Shown here: positions 39,080-52,666 of the stretch, one piece after another | How the letters are laid out: every line of letters starts with the position of its first letter | How positions within the stretch are numbered: the stretch's first letter is position 1 | Assembly (NCBI RefSeq): GCF_006345805.1 | Contig: NC_043007.1 | Span: forward strand, 30,194,001 to 30,258,000 | Direction: 5' to 3' | Origin: Octopus sinensis | Taxonomy: Eukaryota | Length of the DNA stretch: 64,000 nt | Notes under the pieces: generated by a model | What the model saw: the letters and a program-made list of their open reading frames with translations, nothing else | What the model was told of the DNA's origin: nothing | The model's database searches: none | Made by a program: the position numbers and the translations under genes

Positions 39080-39689
39080 TGTTTGTGTACAATGTATAAT
39101 ATATATATATATATGTTTTTATGTATGTCAATATATATATATGTGTGTGTGTGTATGATTTATTCACATAATTTATATGTCATGTACATTAGCTTACTCC
39201 TTCAATCATATCAACGTTGTCTGAGGAGGTAGACTACAATGAAACGAACAATTACAGCAACAAATAGTACGTACAATAACTAATTTATTTGTAAAAAAAA
39301 ATTATGCTGAAATATATCTTAACTGGTTAGAAGCCATTTTTCACCAAGTTTCTATGAAATTAATGAGAATTAAGAAAAACAGAAAAATTTTACGAAATAA
39401 ACTGGGCACATTTAATGCAGGAAACCTGTCACACGTACGGTAAGGAACTTAATGTGTTTTTCCAGGAGTTTCCAGAAAAAACATTTGTGGAATGGAATGA
39501 AAATATTTGTGAGATATCATTTAATGTCTGTAGGTGGAAATTAATAAGGATTTACAGAAATATCTAAAAAAAACATTGGAAAGAGGAAGAGGTGAACGAT
39601 TTTATATAAAATGGTTCATATTTACCTTCAAGCAACCAATACAGCTCCAACAATTGCAGATTCCAGTTCTAAATGTGCTCAGGTCACAC

Positions 39690-39890
39690 GAAAATCAATA
39701 GAACTTTTAACAGTAGCCTCTACACGCCATTTTGTTATTCTTATATGTTTGGTTTTTGCTTTGTATTTGTACAAGTTGGCTTCAAGTCTCATCCAGGGAC
39801 CTCAAAAGACAACAAGTTAGAAGTTCAAGTTGGTGTTCTGTCTGGGGTGCCATATATTCAGTTTTGCACATAGTATTGTTCTAGAGAATG
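39690..39890 (-). mobile_element. Fragment related to the R4-type LINE at 58860-59460
   Basis: gtatttgtacaagttggcttcaagtctcatccagggacctcaaaagacaacaagttagaagttcaagt is shared with 59335-59402. Confidence 0.65.
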
Positions 39891-39894
39891 TCTG

Positions 39895-40124
39895 TGGTTT
39901 CAATTCCTAGGCCGTGGTGTGGGATGTATCCTTGAGCAAAGCCCTTCATCTCAAGTTGCTCTGCAATCACTTCGACACCTGAGCCGTGGCACACTGTGCA
40001 CCTGTATTTGATGGAGAGAGTGAACTGATGTGCGTCACGAACATTTGACCACTTTAAACCAACCATTTGTGTAGGTCGTTCGGAGAAAGCTGAACGTTCA
40101 TATGTCATCTTCGACGGGAGAGTC

Positions 40125-40191
<67 letters not shown>

Positions 40192-40200
40192 CATTATTAT
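39895..40200 (+). mobile_element. tRNA-derived SINE remnant with a long (ATT)n tail
   Basis: B-box-like ggtttcaattcc, then the tccttgagcaaagcccttcat...gttgctc core; (ATT)n at about 40124-40200. Confidence 0.6.
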
Positions 40201-40893
40201 AATTTTCATGTAACCTCAACAGATTAGACTGATGGAAAAGAAAATAATCCTAACATCGGACTACAACAAGTAGCCTTAGATGCCAAGAACCCTCTTAAGT
40301 ATCTAGCTTTCTACATGTCTCCAGGTGTAAAAAACGTGGAGCGACTGGTATATGAGAAGCTGTTATATCAAGTTGAGTATTAGTGTGTATATATTTGTTT
40401 GTATATGTGAGCCTGTATATATGTATACGTATGTATCTACACACGCATACACATATACACGCACACGAACACACACAAAAGAGGTTTGTATTAGCAACAC
40501 TGATGACATGGAAAAATACACGACGAGTAGATGAAGCTTAAAAATATCGAACTTGAAGTTGGAATTGAAATAAAAGAAAGCCTCGTTTTTGGTCGTTTCA
40601 TTGAACTTTTGAGGGTTGTTCCTTCTCCTACTAAAAATAGATATAAATCCAGAATCCTTATCTATGTTTTCTATAGAAGTCAATCGATGAATCTGTTTTC
40701 ACCGAAATGCACAAAACTTGATTTATCTTCCTCAGAATCAGCATAAACCATTGTGTATGATCTCAGTTCGGCATGCTCATGAGGGGACTCTATGAGCGAA
40801 AGAAAATGGCCCTTCGAATTTAACCATTTGACCAAATTGTTGCACAAAGTCATCTTGTCTTCAGTCTTACCCCTTTTTTTTTCTGGCATTATT

Positions 40894-42345
40894 TGCAATA
40901 TTCTTAACCTTCCATTTCTTTTCATTCTGTTCTTTTCCAGGCTCAACAGAGCAAATATAATCTCTCTTCCGAATCTGCTTTCCCCCTGCTTGTCCATTTG
41001 TAAAAACCTAAAAAGTATAAGCTAATACATAAGTTTTCCAATCAGTTATACTGTCAAAAAATAAACTGTATGAACTGACAAAAAGAGAATTATATAAAAT
41101 ATTATCAATGAACAAATCAATACGAAATAATATTTTGTCTTCTATTTCGGACTGAGTTGTCAATTTGCAATTACTTTTGGATCTGCCTGTCTTTTGTTTT
41201 AAAAATACTTTGTTTTCTGCAATGATTCACAAGTTAACTAAATGATGATTTTGAGAAATAAGGGGAAAAACAAACTAAACATATCTCTAATAATGGTTTC
41301 CATTTTTGACAAAAAGCCAGCAATTTCGAGAGAGAGGGTAATCCGATTACATCTATGGGTACTTATTTGATCGACCCCGAGAGGATGAAAAGCAAAATCG
41401 ATTTCGGCGAATGTGAACTCAAAACATAAAAACCGACGAGATCCCGCTAAGCAGGCTGTCCGATGTGCTATCGATCCTGCCCGCTCGCCGCCTCACAGCA
41501 AATCTGTAATAATTCTTTCTATTATAGGCACGAGGCTAGCAATTATGGGGGAGGAGTCCAGTCGATTATATCGACCCCAACGCTCGACTGGTACTTAATT
41601 TATCGATCCTGAAAAAATGAAAGGCAAAGCCGACCTCGGCGGAATTTGAACTCAGAACGTAGCGACGGGTGAGATGCCGCTAAGCGTTTTACCCGGGGTG
41701 CTAACGATTCTGTCAGCTCGTCACCTTAAAAGGAAATTTATAATAATCCTTTCTACTGAAGGCACAAGGCCTGAAATTTTTTTTTTGGGGGGGGGGCGGC
41801 TCTTGTCGATTACATCACCATCCAGTACATAACTGGTACTTAATTTATCGACCTCGAAAGGATGAAAGGCAAAGTCGACCTCGGCGGAATTTGGACCCAG
41901 AACGTAAAAACAGACGAAATACCGGCGTGCTAACGATTCTGCCAGCTCGCCTCCTTCGAAATTCATAATAATGACGTTTAAGTATCCTACTTTTAAGCAT
42001 TTACTTTTTCGTTCCCCTTACTCTGGACAGCCAGGCTTGTTTTTCTATGTTCCAGGTCTCATATTCACTGACCTTTTAGATCCCAAGACAAATAGATCCC
42101 AAGACAAAATATTATTTCGTATTGACTTGTTCATTGATATTTTATGTAATTCTCTTTTTGCCAGTTTATGTTGTTTATTTTTTGACAATATAACTTACTG
42201 GAAAACTTGTATATTAGCTTATACTTTTTAGGTTTTTACAAATGGACAAGCAAGGGAAAAACAGCATTGGAAGGGATAATATGTTTGATTTATTGAGCCT
42301 GGAAAAGAACAGAATTAAAAGAAATGGAAGGTTAAGAACCTTGCA
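40894..42345. repeat. ~250-bp inverted repeat pair (40894-41141 / 42101-42345) enclosing three SINE-A remnants
   Basis: The arms are reverse complements, and both start outward-pointing ORFs MDKQG...LLSLEKNR.KRNGRLR. Confidence 0.85.
41300..41960 (-). mobile_element. Cluster of three head-to-tail SINE family A copies
   Basis: atcgacccc...ggtacttaattt...gatgaaaggcaaagtcgacctcggcggaattt occurs three times with diverged tails. Confidence 0.85.
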
Positions 42346-43507
42346 TTTAAAAACCGTTATTTTTGTACCTAAAATTTGTAAAAATTCGATATTTTTTCAC
42401 CTAAAATTCACTCTCTTTATTAAACATACATACTTTCAAAATATTGGAAAATCGAAAAACTTTCAGCTTGTGAAATGCTACAATCTAAACATCTATACCA
42501 TATATAAATCTAGGTGAAACCAAAACAAGACTGGAACTAGACAGAAAACCGGTCAAAATTTAGAAGCAAAACTACGCTACTCGTCTTTTCTGGAATTTTT
42601 ACTGAAGTTTATTTGCAAAACTTCCAGTGCTACAAAATTTATTAGAGACCACAATTAAATTTGGCCACTGTTTACTTCAAAAGTCTCTTTTATACTTGCC
42701 CAATTTTTACTCGGTGTACACAAATAATTTAATTTTATTGCAATCTTTCAAATAAATGCAATTATACCACATGTCTAAACTTAACAGAGAAATGGTCTAA
42801 AGACGAATTTGAAAAACAGAAAAGAAAAATCGTATTCAAATTTGGCAACGCTTTACTCCAAAGGCATCGTCTTCCTGCCACCATTTTGTCGAGTACCTTT
42901 TACCCTTTTAGAGAACAAGAGTCTATTCACTGAATTCTCTTATTTAAATGTAATTTAAAGCAAAGCATAGATATGTGATTACCTCAGTTTTGAACTCGTA
43001 TATTATTGCAACATTTTTCCTCGACCGGTTTTCTATTGACATCTGAAAATGGAGCGGCGAGCATTGATCATTTTCAAATTTTCAGTGAAGTTAACTGCAT
43101 TTAATTTGGTCAGGAAATCAATGGCAACAAAGTAGATGCTTATCTTAAGACTATCAGCCACACACTGCCATTAGGTTAATGATTGTATGTATGTATGTAT
43201 GTGTGTGTGTATGTATGTAGGTTTCGGTACCTCTAAGAGTATGTGCGTAACAAGCATAGTTATATTATGCATATGCATACATCTCTCTCTCTCTTTCCAT
43301 ATATATATATATATGACGGTTATGAGAGGTAATGGTGTCATTGAGACCTAAAGGGGTCAGGTAATGCTGAATAAGTGCGAAAGATGGACCGCATTTAAGT
43401 TCCAGATTCGGTGATTTGCGAATGAGGGGTTCAACGTTGGTCATATGTCAGCGTGTGTATATAAACATTTTTTTTCGTAATGAGATAAAAAAAAAACAAG
43501 GCTGCGT

Positions 43508-43839
43508 AGATTTTAGAACATTTATAGATTGGTCTTACAGCTGTTTGCAGGATATTTATTATATCCCTTCATCGGAGACGGCGTGAGAGGATGGCGTAGT
43601 GGTCATCCATCTACGTGTGATATGGATGGTGTGCGGCCAAGCATATTGCCTCGCGCATAGATGCACGACTCCCCATCACTTGAACAGACAAACGAGCGCG
43701 CCTTTTCCCAGTCAGCAGAAGACACACACACACACACATATATATGTTGCTTAACCATTTTCTCACACCGTCTCCGATGAAGGGATATAAAATATCCTGG
43801 AAACAGCTGTAAGACCTATTTATAAATGTTCTGAAATCT
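43508..43839. mobile_element. Inverted pair of ~85-bp PLE-type terminal repeats around a 160-bp spacer
   Basis: 43508-43594 is the reverse complement of 43755-43839, with a few substitutions and indels. Confidence 0.85.
43770..43815 (+). ncRNA. Minimal type-I hammerhead ribozyme-like motif
   Basis: gtct CCGATGA a gggatat-aaa-atatcct g GAAAC agct GTA agac. Stem I is gtct/agac, stem II has 7 bp, and stem III is AC/GT capped by the palindrome AGCT. The cleavage triplet is GUA; there is a U4C variant. Confidence 0.65.
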
Positions 43840-44019
43840 TTCACGGCCTTGGATTTTTATCTTATTCTTTGCGCCTGAGTTATAGAAAGGTTTTCCAACT
43901 TTCTTTTCTGCTTTGTTGGAAGTTTTTCTCATTTTCCTTTTTTTTTTCCTTCTTTACTACAATGCATCAAGCGAATCTCTAATACTCTACATTCACACAC
44001 ACACACACAGTGGTGTGGG

Positions 44020-44390
44020 TGCGTTGTGAGACGTCTACTTCCAAATCATTTTGTTCCGAGTTCAGTCCCTAAGTGTGCAATCTTGGGTGTCTTCTACTGT
44101 AGCCAAAACCCTGTGAGTGGATATAATAGAAGGAAACACAACGAATGTTGTGTGTTTGTGTTTGTGTGTCGATGTTTGCCCTCCAATACCACCACCACCA
44201 CCACTTGGCAACCGGTGCTGGTGTGTTTACGTTCCCATAACTTAGCGGGTCGGCTAAAAGGACGGTAGAATAAATAGCGAGTTTGAAACAATAAATACTG
44301 GGGTGGAGTTGTTCAGCTAAAATTCCCCAAGGCTTTGCCCCAGCATGGTCTCAGCCTAACGAATGACACAAGGTATAAGTACAGATATAT
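44020..44390 (+). mobile_element. SINE family B (diverged, near full-length)
   Basis: B-box-like ccgagttcagtccc, then gtgtcttctactgtagcc, and the family-B 3' body. Confidence 0.8.
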
Positions 44391-44679
44391 GCGCAGGCAT
44401 GGCCGACCTTGGAACCGATGAATTATGATCTCCATCGGTTGATTCTAAATTTATTCGAAAGCTTTGTGATTTCTTTCTCGTCTTCTTATTTACGTCTTCC
44501 TCTGTATTTTGAAGACCCGACCACATTAAATACTCCGATTTACGTAATGACTTCTCGTGACACCTTGCCCTGTTCCGTAATTTTCCTAGCTTCGTCTCAA
44601 ATTAAACTGGCTCTTACATAATAAATTCCTTAAAAACATAAACACACATATGTATACACATGTATATAAACAAACTCAT

Positions 44680-44733
<54 letters not shown>

Positions 44734-44848
44734 TATAAATGTGTTTGTTACTCCCTCTCCTTCATTTCTTCTGTCACTTTATATACACACATGCATACGC
44801 ACACACATATATTTGTATACATGTTTATATATGTAATGCATGTAGTTG

Positions 44849-44924
<76 letters not shown>

Positions 44925-45454
44925 TATATATATATAGATAGATAGATAGATAGATAGATATGTCCATTTTTATTTCTCTCTCTCTCTCATTCTCTTTCTA
45001 TAAGTGTGTGTGCAGAGGTTTAAAGTAAAGCGAATTAATTATGTATTCTAAAAATATTTCCCATATTAGCGCTAAAATGAAGATAAATCTTTAATTACTT
45101 CCATCTCTATAAATCAAGAATAGATTTTAAAATGGTGTTTTAAGATAAATATTAAAATCAATACGTTTTTTAAAATTATATTTTTTAGAATTCTGAAAAT
45201 TTCAACCTTATTGTAAAATGGAAACTCAATGACGAACAAATACAGAAACAATGAAACAAAATGCATGAAAAAGCGAGGATATTTTAACTCATAAAATATT
45301 TAAAGTTGCAGAAGATAAGATGAAGATTGCAAAATGTTAAGTAATTGTTATTATTTCGATTGAATAAGATACTACAGTTCGTTTAAGTGCAGCTAACATA
45401 CACATACATATGGTTACATATACAGAGACTCTGTCTATCTGTCCGTCTCTCTGT

Positions 45455-45840
45455 CTATCTCTCGCTGTGAATGGAGGGTAGGAAATTGTGGGTGAATGTA
45501 GTGGGTGAAAACGTGGATGAATGTAGCAAAGATGGTGCGTGCGAGTGAGGAAACCACTTTGAGCATGATCCTGTAAATCGAAAGAGCGAGAGAGCACTTT
45601 GCTCTCATGCGTTTATTCCCTCCCTGCCTGAGGTTACCGTGGGCTTTTCCGTAGGCTTTTTTTTCCACGGAGAAACTTAATCTTGCTTTTTACATTTTAA
45701 AAATTCTTCTGTGATACACGATCCCTTTTGATCGAAATTTTACCTTTTTGTTTCTCATTTCCCCCCTCTTTTTCATTTTCGAAAAGAAATGCTCTACATC
45801 TGTATTTGTCCCCTGTGTTCAGCCCTGTGCGGCCAATAAA
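45455..45840 (+). mobile_element. Tx1/L1-clade LINE 3' end, copy 1
   Basis: Homologous to 48730-49044; ends cagccctgtgcggccAATAAA and is followed by (TCTA/TCTG)n. Confidence 0.8.
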
Positions 45841-45864
45841 GTTGTCTATCTGTCTGTCTATCTG

Positions 45865-45910
<46 letters not shown>

Positions 45911-46094
45911 GTCTGCCTGTCTGTCTGCCTGTCTGTCTGTCTGTCTGTCTGTTTATGTATCTATCTATCTGTCTATCTGTCTATCTGTCTGTCTATCTGT
46001 CTGTTTATGTATCTATCTATCTGTCTATCAGTCTGTCTGTCTATCTATCTGTATATCTATCTATCTGCCTGTCTGTCTCACTTACTGTAATGTG

Positions 46095-46352
46095 TTTTTT
46101 ACATGACATTATTACCCGAGGTTTCCGGGGTCTTTTCCGTAGGCTTTTATTTCCACGGATAAACCTAATCTGTTTCCCTTCTACATTATGACATTTCTGC
46201 GATACACGATCCCTATTGATCGGCTTTTTTTAACTTTCCACGATTCCTTTTAATCAAAATTCTATACCCCCTTTTTTTTTCTCTTCCCCCAAAAGAAAAG
46301 CTCAACTTTGTATTTTGTCCCCCGTGTTCAGCCCTGTGTGGCTAATAAAGAA
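46095..46352 (+). mobile_element. Tx1/L1-clade LINE 3' end, copy 2
   Basis: gtcttttccgtaggctttt...gatacacgatcc...cagccctgtgtggctAATAAA, followed by (TCTA)n. Confidence 0.75.
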
Positions 46353-46361
46353 ACATGACTG

Positions 46362-46444
<83 letters not shown>

Positions 46445-46447
46445 GTA

Positions 46448-46480
<33 letters not shown>

Positions 46481-46984
46481 CAGACTATCTGTCTGTCTGT
46501 CTGTGTCTTCCTTATTTCTTTCTTTCTCTTTGTCTGTCTGTCTGTATGTCTGTCTACCCGTACAAACACGCGCGCGCATGTTTATGTATGTATGTAAGTA
46601 TGTATGTGTACGTGTTTCTGCGTCATCATATTTCATTTGAAAGCCCATAAGAAACAAACGTTCTTATAATAAACTTGTTGATTACAAAGCTTTTTTAAAT
46701 TTGGAGTTAATCAACTGTTAACGAACTAAACAGCAGTGACTGAAATGTATCTCTGTGCAGTTGTATTTAAATCATTCGAGCACATTCCGAAGTATAAGAA
46801 TTTCTCAGCGGAAACCGTCACACGAGAGAAATTCTCCCAATAGATATGTGTGAAAAATGTCCCCCGTCAATAAACGACGTCACTGCGCTGTAGAACAAAG
46901 GTTTGGTTTCTGGGAAAGTTATCTTATCCACTCACAAGTCTTTGGTCGGCCTGACATAATGGTAAAAGACATGTGTACAACGTG

Positions 46985-47052
46985 TCATAAAGTAGGACTG
47001 AACCCGGAACCTGGTTGTTGGGAAGCCAACTTCTTACCACAAAGCCACGCCT
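46985..47052 (-). mobile_element. SINE family B tRNA-like head only
   Basis: ggactgaacccggaacc...gttgggaagccaacttcttaccacaaagccacgcc matches 53520-53580. Confidence 0.75.
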
Positions 47053-48212
47053 AGGTTTCTCTACTAGAGGAAGAATTTTCATCGGAAAACATATCGCCAG
47101 ATAATCCTTCATATTAACTCCTTATTAATCCGACCCACAGTTTCGCTTCTAATAATACTTTGCATACACGGCGTATAAATTTTAGTGTAATCTTTAAATT
47201 TCGACTGTATTTCAAAATCCGTTATTTTTAACCCTGATACACAGCCTATTCCATTAGTCTTTACCTGGTTCCATAAGATTTTAATTACCTGAGGAACTCC
47301 GGAGACTAAATGTAAAAATTCTTTCATTTAACAAACGAGTCGCTTCTTTCATCCATTAACCATGTCTTCCATCTTTAAATTTGAAATAAATCGTCAAAAA
47401 CAAAAACCGTTTCCTCTTCATCCATGTTTAAACTTACGGTTCGGATTTAAACGATTTCCCCCCCTTTGGCCATTCGGTGTATGGACTCTCCCGTATATTT
47501 CATTATAAACCTACATTTATTGAAACTGATTCAGCTATTTTTAAATTTCTTCAAAACTGTAAAAGATTTTTGGAAAAGAAGGAAAGAGAATGAACGGAAA
47601 AGTCGAATGACAGAAATAAGCACAAGATTAAAAGTATACACACACAATCACGAGCACAACCCCACCAACCATTCATGCACCCCCCCCCACGTATATTAAA
47701 ATAAAATTATTATTTTGAAGCAACTTTAAAAATAACAACGCAACATCCGCCCCTGGGTTGAAACTAAATTAAGTGTAGGGTCAGATTTATTGTAAAGAGC
47801 AAATTGACAGGAACTGAACTATTTTGGTCTGTCGTTCAGTTTCTCTGTTTCTCTATCTGTCTATATCTCTCTGTCTCTCTCTCTCTCTCTCTCTGTCTAT
47901 GTCCTTCTGTCTGTCTTTCTCTCTCGAAAGCCTTATAGTTCATTCACCACTCGGCATCCTCACCGCTGAATGCACACTGCAGATTTTGCAGTTGATAGAT
48001 CTTTTCCCCGAACCAAGTATTTGTTATCCCTAAGTCTAAACGCTGGCGCAGCAGTAAAAGGAGTGGCCCCTTTGCGTTGTCCATCCCCATTCCGTGACTT
48101 CCTAAACTACTCCAAAGGATATGCATATGTATGGAGATAAATATGTGTGTAACATCTCTCTCTCCCCTCTCTCTCCCCCTCTCTCTCCCTCCCTCTCTCT
48201 ATCTCTCTCTCT

Positions 48213-49045
48213 AATCCCGTCGACGAGGAACACCTGACCTGCCTATTCAAGACAACTTTCGGGCCGGGATCTATGGACAATCATCAGAGATCCCTGGCCT
48301 GGCAGTGCTATCTAGAAGCATTGCCCGTTCGAGATAAGCTCTACAGGCACGGCTCGTTATACACCGGACCGACTTGCCCTAGATGCGGTCAGAGCGACGA
48401 AACCGTTCTGCACGCACTCGTGCAGTGTCCAACCATTTCGGACCTGTGGGCTTATGCCGATCGGCTGCTGTCACGCGTGGGACGAGTCCGCCTGTCGGCC
48501 GAGTCTATCGTGACGATTGCTCCGACACTTTCCCTTAACCGGGAAGTCAAGGCAGTTTTCATCGTACTGGTGGCCATGGTGAAAGAATACGTGTGGTGGA
48601 CCCGAGCGAGAGGTCAAGAAACAAACACTTTTCTTTCTGGCCAATCGTTCATCAACTTTTTCAAGTATAACTTGAAAAGGAAGGTGAGAATAGAAGCAAG
48701 TTTTGTCTCGTGTAAGATTCAATAAAAGGTGGGTGAATGTAGCAAAGATGATACGCGCAAATAACGAAACCACTTTGAACATGATCCTGTAAATCGAAAA
48801 AAGAGAGTGAGAAAGCACTTTGCTCTCATGTGTTTTTCCCTCCCTGCCTGAGTTACCGTGGTCTTTTCCGTAGGCTTTTCTTTCCATGGAGAAATATAAT
48901 AATTTTTTTTTATATTTTTACTCTCTTCTGTGATACACGATCATTTTTGATCGGAATTTTTTCTTCCCATTTTTTATCTTTCGAAAAGAAAAGCTCTACA
49001 TTGTATTTTGTCCCCTCACTGTTCGGCCCTGTGTGGCTAATAAAG
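48213..49045 (+). mobile_element. Tx1/L1-clade LINE, 5'-truncated, with C-terminal zinc-binding (zf-RVT-like) domain
   Basis: ORF 48273-48725 reads ...AWQCYLEALPVRDKL...CPRCGQSDETVLHALVQC...LW...KEYVWWTR. It begins after a (CT)n tract and ends in AATAAA plus (TCTA)n. Confidence 0.88.
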
Positions 49046-49070
49046 ATATCCATTTATCTATCTATCTATC

Positions 49071-49138
<68 letters not shown>

Positions 49139-49183
49139 GTCGACATCTGTGTGTGTGTGTGTGTCTATAACTATATATATATA

Positions 49184-49236
<53 letters not shown>

Positions 49237-49534
49237 CATACAGAGTGAAATCATCTGCATTTAAGCAACGCTAATTAGCTAATTTAAGAGTAGCAATGGG
49301 CACATGCCAGGCTTCCCATGTCTCCACATATCTTTATTGTTCAGGGCTGAGCTAATTCTTGCTATTCAATGAATAAAGATTCTTTTAAACCGTAATGAAA
49401 AATATGAATCCAAAGTTTGAAATTTCGTGGTCTTCGTGCTTTTATTTCCATTGCTTTTTTTTTTTCAAATTAAATCGGAATTGTTTTTAAAGCAAATTCA
49501 TGTCTAAAAATGCTTCAGGTAAACTATACTACTC

Positions 49535-49573
49535 GTGTGTGTGTGTGTGTGTGTGTGTATAAGTATATGTATG

Positions 49574-49619
<46 letters not shown>

Positions 49620-49720
49620 CATACATATGCATGTATATATGTATGTTATATGCATGTATATATGCATGCATATATGTATGTATATATGTATGTATATATG
49701 CATATATGTATATATGTATG

Positions 49721-49751
<31 letters not shown>

Positions 49752-50602
49752 GTATATATATATATATGTATATATATATGTATATTATATGTATATATAT
49801 ATGTATATATATATATTATAATATATATGTATATATATTATATGTATATATATATATGTATATATGTGTGTATATATAATATGTATATATTATATATGTA
49901 TATATATATGTGTATATATATATGTGTATATATATATGTGTATATATATATGTATATATATATATGTATATAATATATGTATATATATATGTATATATAT
50001 ATATATATGATATATATGTATATATATATATATATATATTTCTTTACTACCCACAGGGGCTAACACAGAGGGGACAGACAAAGGTATCAAGTCGATTATA
50101 TCGACCCCAGGCGTAACTGGTACTTAATTTATCGACCCCGAAAGGATGAAAGGCAAAGTCGCCTCGGCGGCATTTTGAACTCGAACGCAACGACAGACGA
50201 AATACGGCTACGATTTCGCCCGGCGTGCTAACGTTTCTACTAGCTCGCCGCCTATATATGTATATATATATGTATATATATATGTATATATATATGTATA
50301 TATATATGTATATATATGTATATATATGTATATATATATGTATATATATGTATATATATATGTATATATATATAATGTATATATATATATATATGTGTTA
50401 TATATATATGTTATATATGTATATATGTATATGTGTATATATATATGTGTATATATATTATATATATATATATGCATATATATATATGTATATATACATA
50501 TGCATATATTATAATGTATAATATGTATATATATATATACATGTATATATATATATATGTTATATATAATATGTGATATATATATATGTATATATATATT
50601 GT

Positions 50603-50642
<40 letters not shown>

Positions 50643-50865
50643 TATAATGTATATATATATATATTATATATATATATATGTATATGTATATAATATATGT
50701 ATATGTAATATATATATGTATATGTATATATGTATATATATGTATGTATATATGTATGTATGTGTATATATGTATATATATGTATATGTATGTATGTATA
50801 TATATGTATGTATGTGATATATATATATGTGTATATATGTATATGTATATATGTATGTATATATG

Positions 50866-50896
<31 letters not shown>

Positions 50897-50931
50897 GTAT
50901 ATGTATGTATGTATATATATGTATATGTATA

Positions 50932-50964
<33 letters not shown>

Positions 50965-51029
50965 ATATATATATATATGTATGTATGTATATATATATAT
51001 GTATGTATATATGTATGTGTATGTGTATG

Positions 51030-51061
<32 letters not shown>

Positions 51062-51270
51062 CGTGCGTGAGCGTGCGTGTGCGCGCACGTGCATATGTAT
51101 GTATGTATATATGTATGTGTATGTATATATATATATATATATATGTGCGTGCGCGTGCGTGCGTGAGCGTGCGTGAGCGTGCGTGTGCGCGCACGTGCAT
51201 ATGCATGTGTGTGTATATACGTATGTGTATATACATATGTATATATGTATACATATGTACAAACACATGC
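49535..51270. repeat. Large (TA)n/(TATG)n satellite interrupted by a SINE
   Basis: Directly visible; a GC-richer gcgtgcgtgagcgtgcgtgtgcgcgcacgtgc unit occurs at about 51060 and 51170. Confidence 0.95.
50040..50252 (-). mobile_element. SINE family A monomer
   Basis: Reverse complement of 35836-36066 with small deletions. Confidence 0.9.
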
Positions 51271-51681
51271 ATTTCTACAAATAACTTGAGGCATGCCAAA
51301 TTTATGCAATTCGTTTCTAACCGTTGCCAAAACATTTCTCTCCACAACCCTTCCGCGCATATCGAAGGTACCTTTCCTTCACTAAAATGCGTATGACAAC
51401 CTCTTTTTATACAACCTTCTCTGCAAATTAAACTCTGATCATTGAGAGAGAAAAGCCCATGTATTCTTTTGTAGTTTTGAAAGGGATTTGGGAAATTATT
51501 GGCCCCATATGTCAATGTGTCTCGCTCAAGACAGTATTCGTTCTATGTGGTCTAGGGACCATCCTCTGTGCGAATGTGGTGAAATAAGTTTGGCCCTTTG
51601 ACAACAAGTTAGAGTATCCTTATGTAGAGACACAGAATGGTCAGTGGCTAATGCTTACACGTTAACACTATAGTTTTCCTG

Positions 51682-51732
<51 letters not shown>

Positions 51733-51733
<1 letters not shown>

Positions 51734-52039
51734 GAAGGCATAGCTGTGTAATAATGCGCTTACTTTCCAGCCACATGGTTCCGGGTTCAGTCCCACTGCG
51801 TGGCATCTTGAGCAAGTATCTTCTACTCTAGCCCCGAGCCGATCAAAACCTCATGAATGGATTTTGTAGACGGAAACTGAAATAAGCCCGTTGTATATAC
51901 TTATATATATGTGTGTATATAGTTGTGTGTTTGTTTCGCCCACCGTCGCTTTACAACCGATGTTGCTGTGTTTACGTCCCCGAAACTTAGCAGTTCGGCC
52001 TAAGTGTCCGATAGAATAAGTACTAGGCTTACAAAGAAT
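51733..52039 (+). mobile_element. SINE family B (3' truncated)
   Basis: ggcatagctgtgta head, ccgggttcagtccc B box, gtagacggaaactgaaa, internal TA/TG tract. Confidence 0.85.
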
Positions 52040-52631
52040 TCAGATCTTCATCTTCATAGCGCATTCGAATTAAAGCAATGGATATTCATCAGAGTGACAA
52101 ACAAAATCATACAATAAAAAAAAGGAAGAAGGAAAAGGAAAGCAAACATGGCTTAGGCTTATGAAAAGGAAGAAATTTATTGTCGCATTCATTTATAGAC
52201 TGCATTTTGGCAATCCGGTCTGTAACGGCCGTGAGATAATGTTACGTCACCTATTTTCGTATGTCATGCTTTGTATTAAAAAATAAGCTATAAATGTGGT
52301 CCGACCGATGTGTGGGTTAATCTCTGGTTTTCTCCATTTTCTAATGATTTGCGTTGGTTCCTCATAAGCTCTTGTTTATCCTATTGTTATCTGTACTCTA
52401 CATGTGTGCTGAGCACGGGGATAACACAGGTAAGGGATGCCGATAGTATATACAGATATTTTATCCCTTAGTCGGTTACTATAACCGCTAACGGCTTACA
52501 CACACACATATACATACATACACATATATATATATTCATTTAAATACACAAATATCTGTTCATCATTTATAGAAATGAATACACATTATATTATACTTCT
52601 AATTCTAAATACGAATGTGTATGTGTGTGTG

Positions 52632-52666
<35 letters not shown>

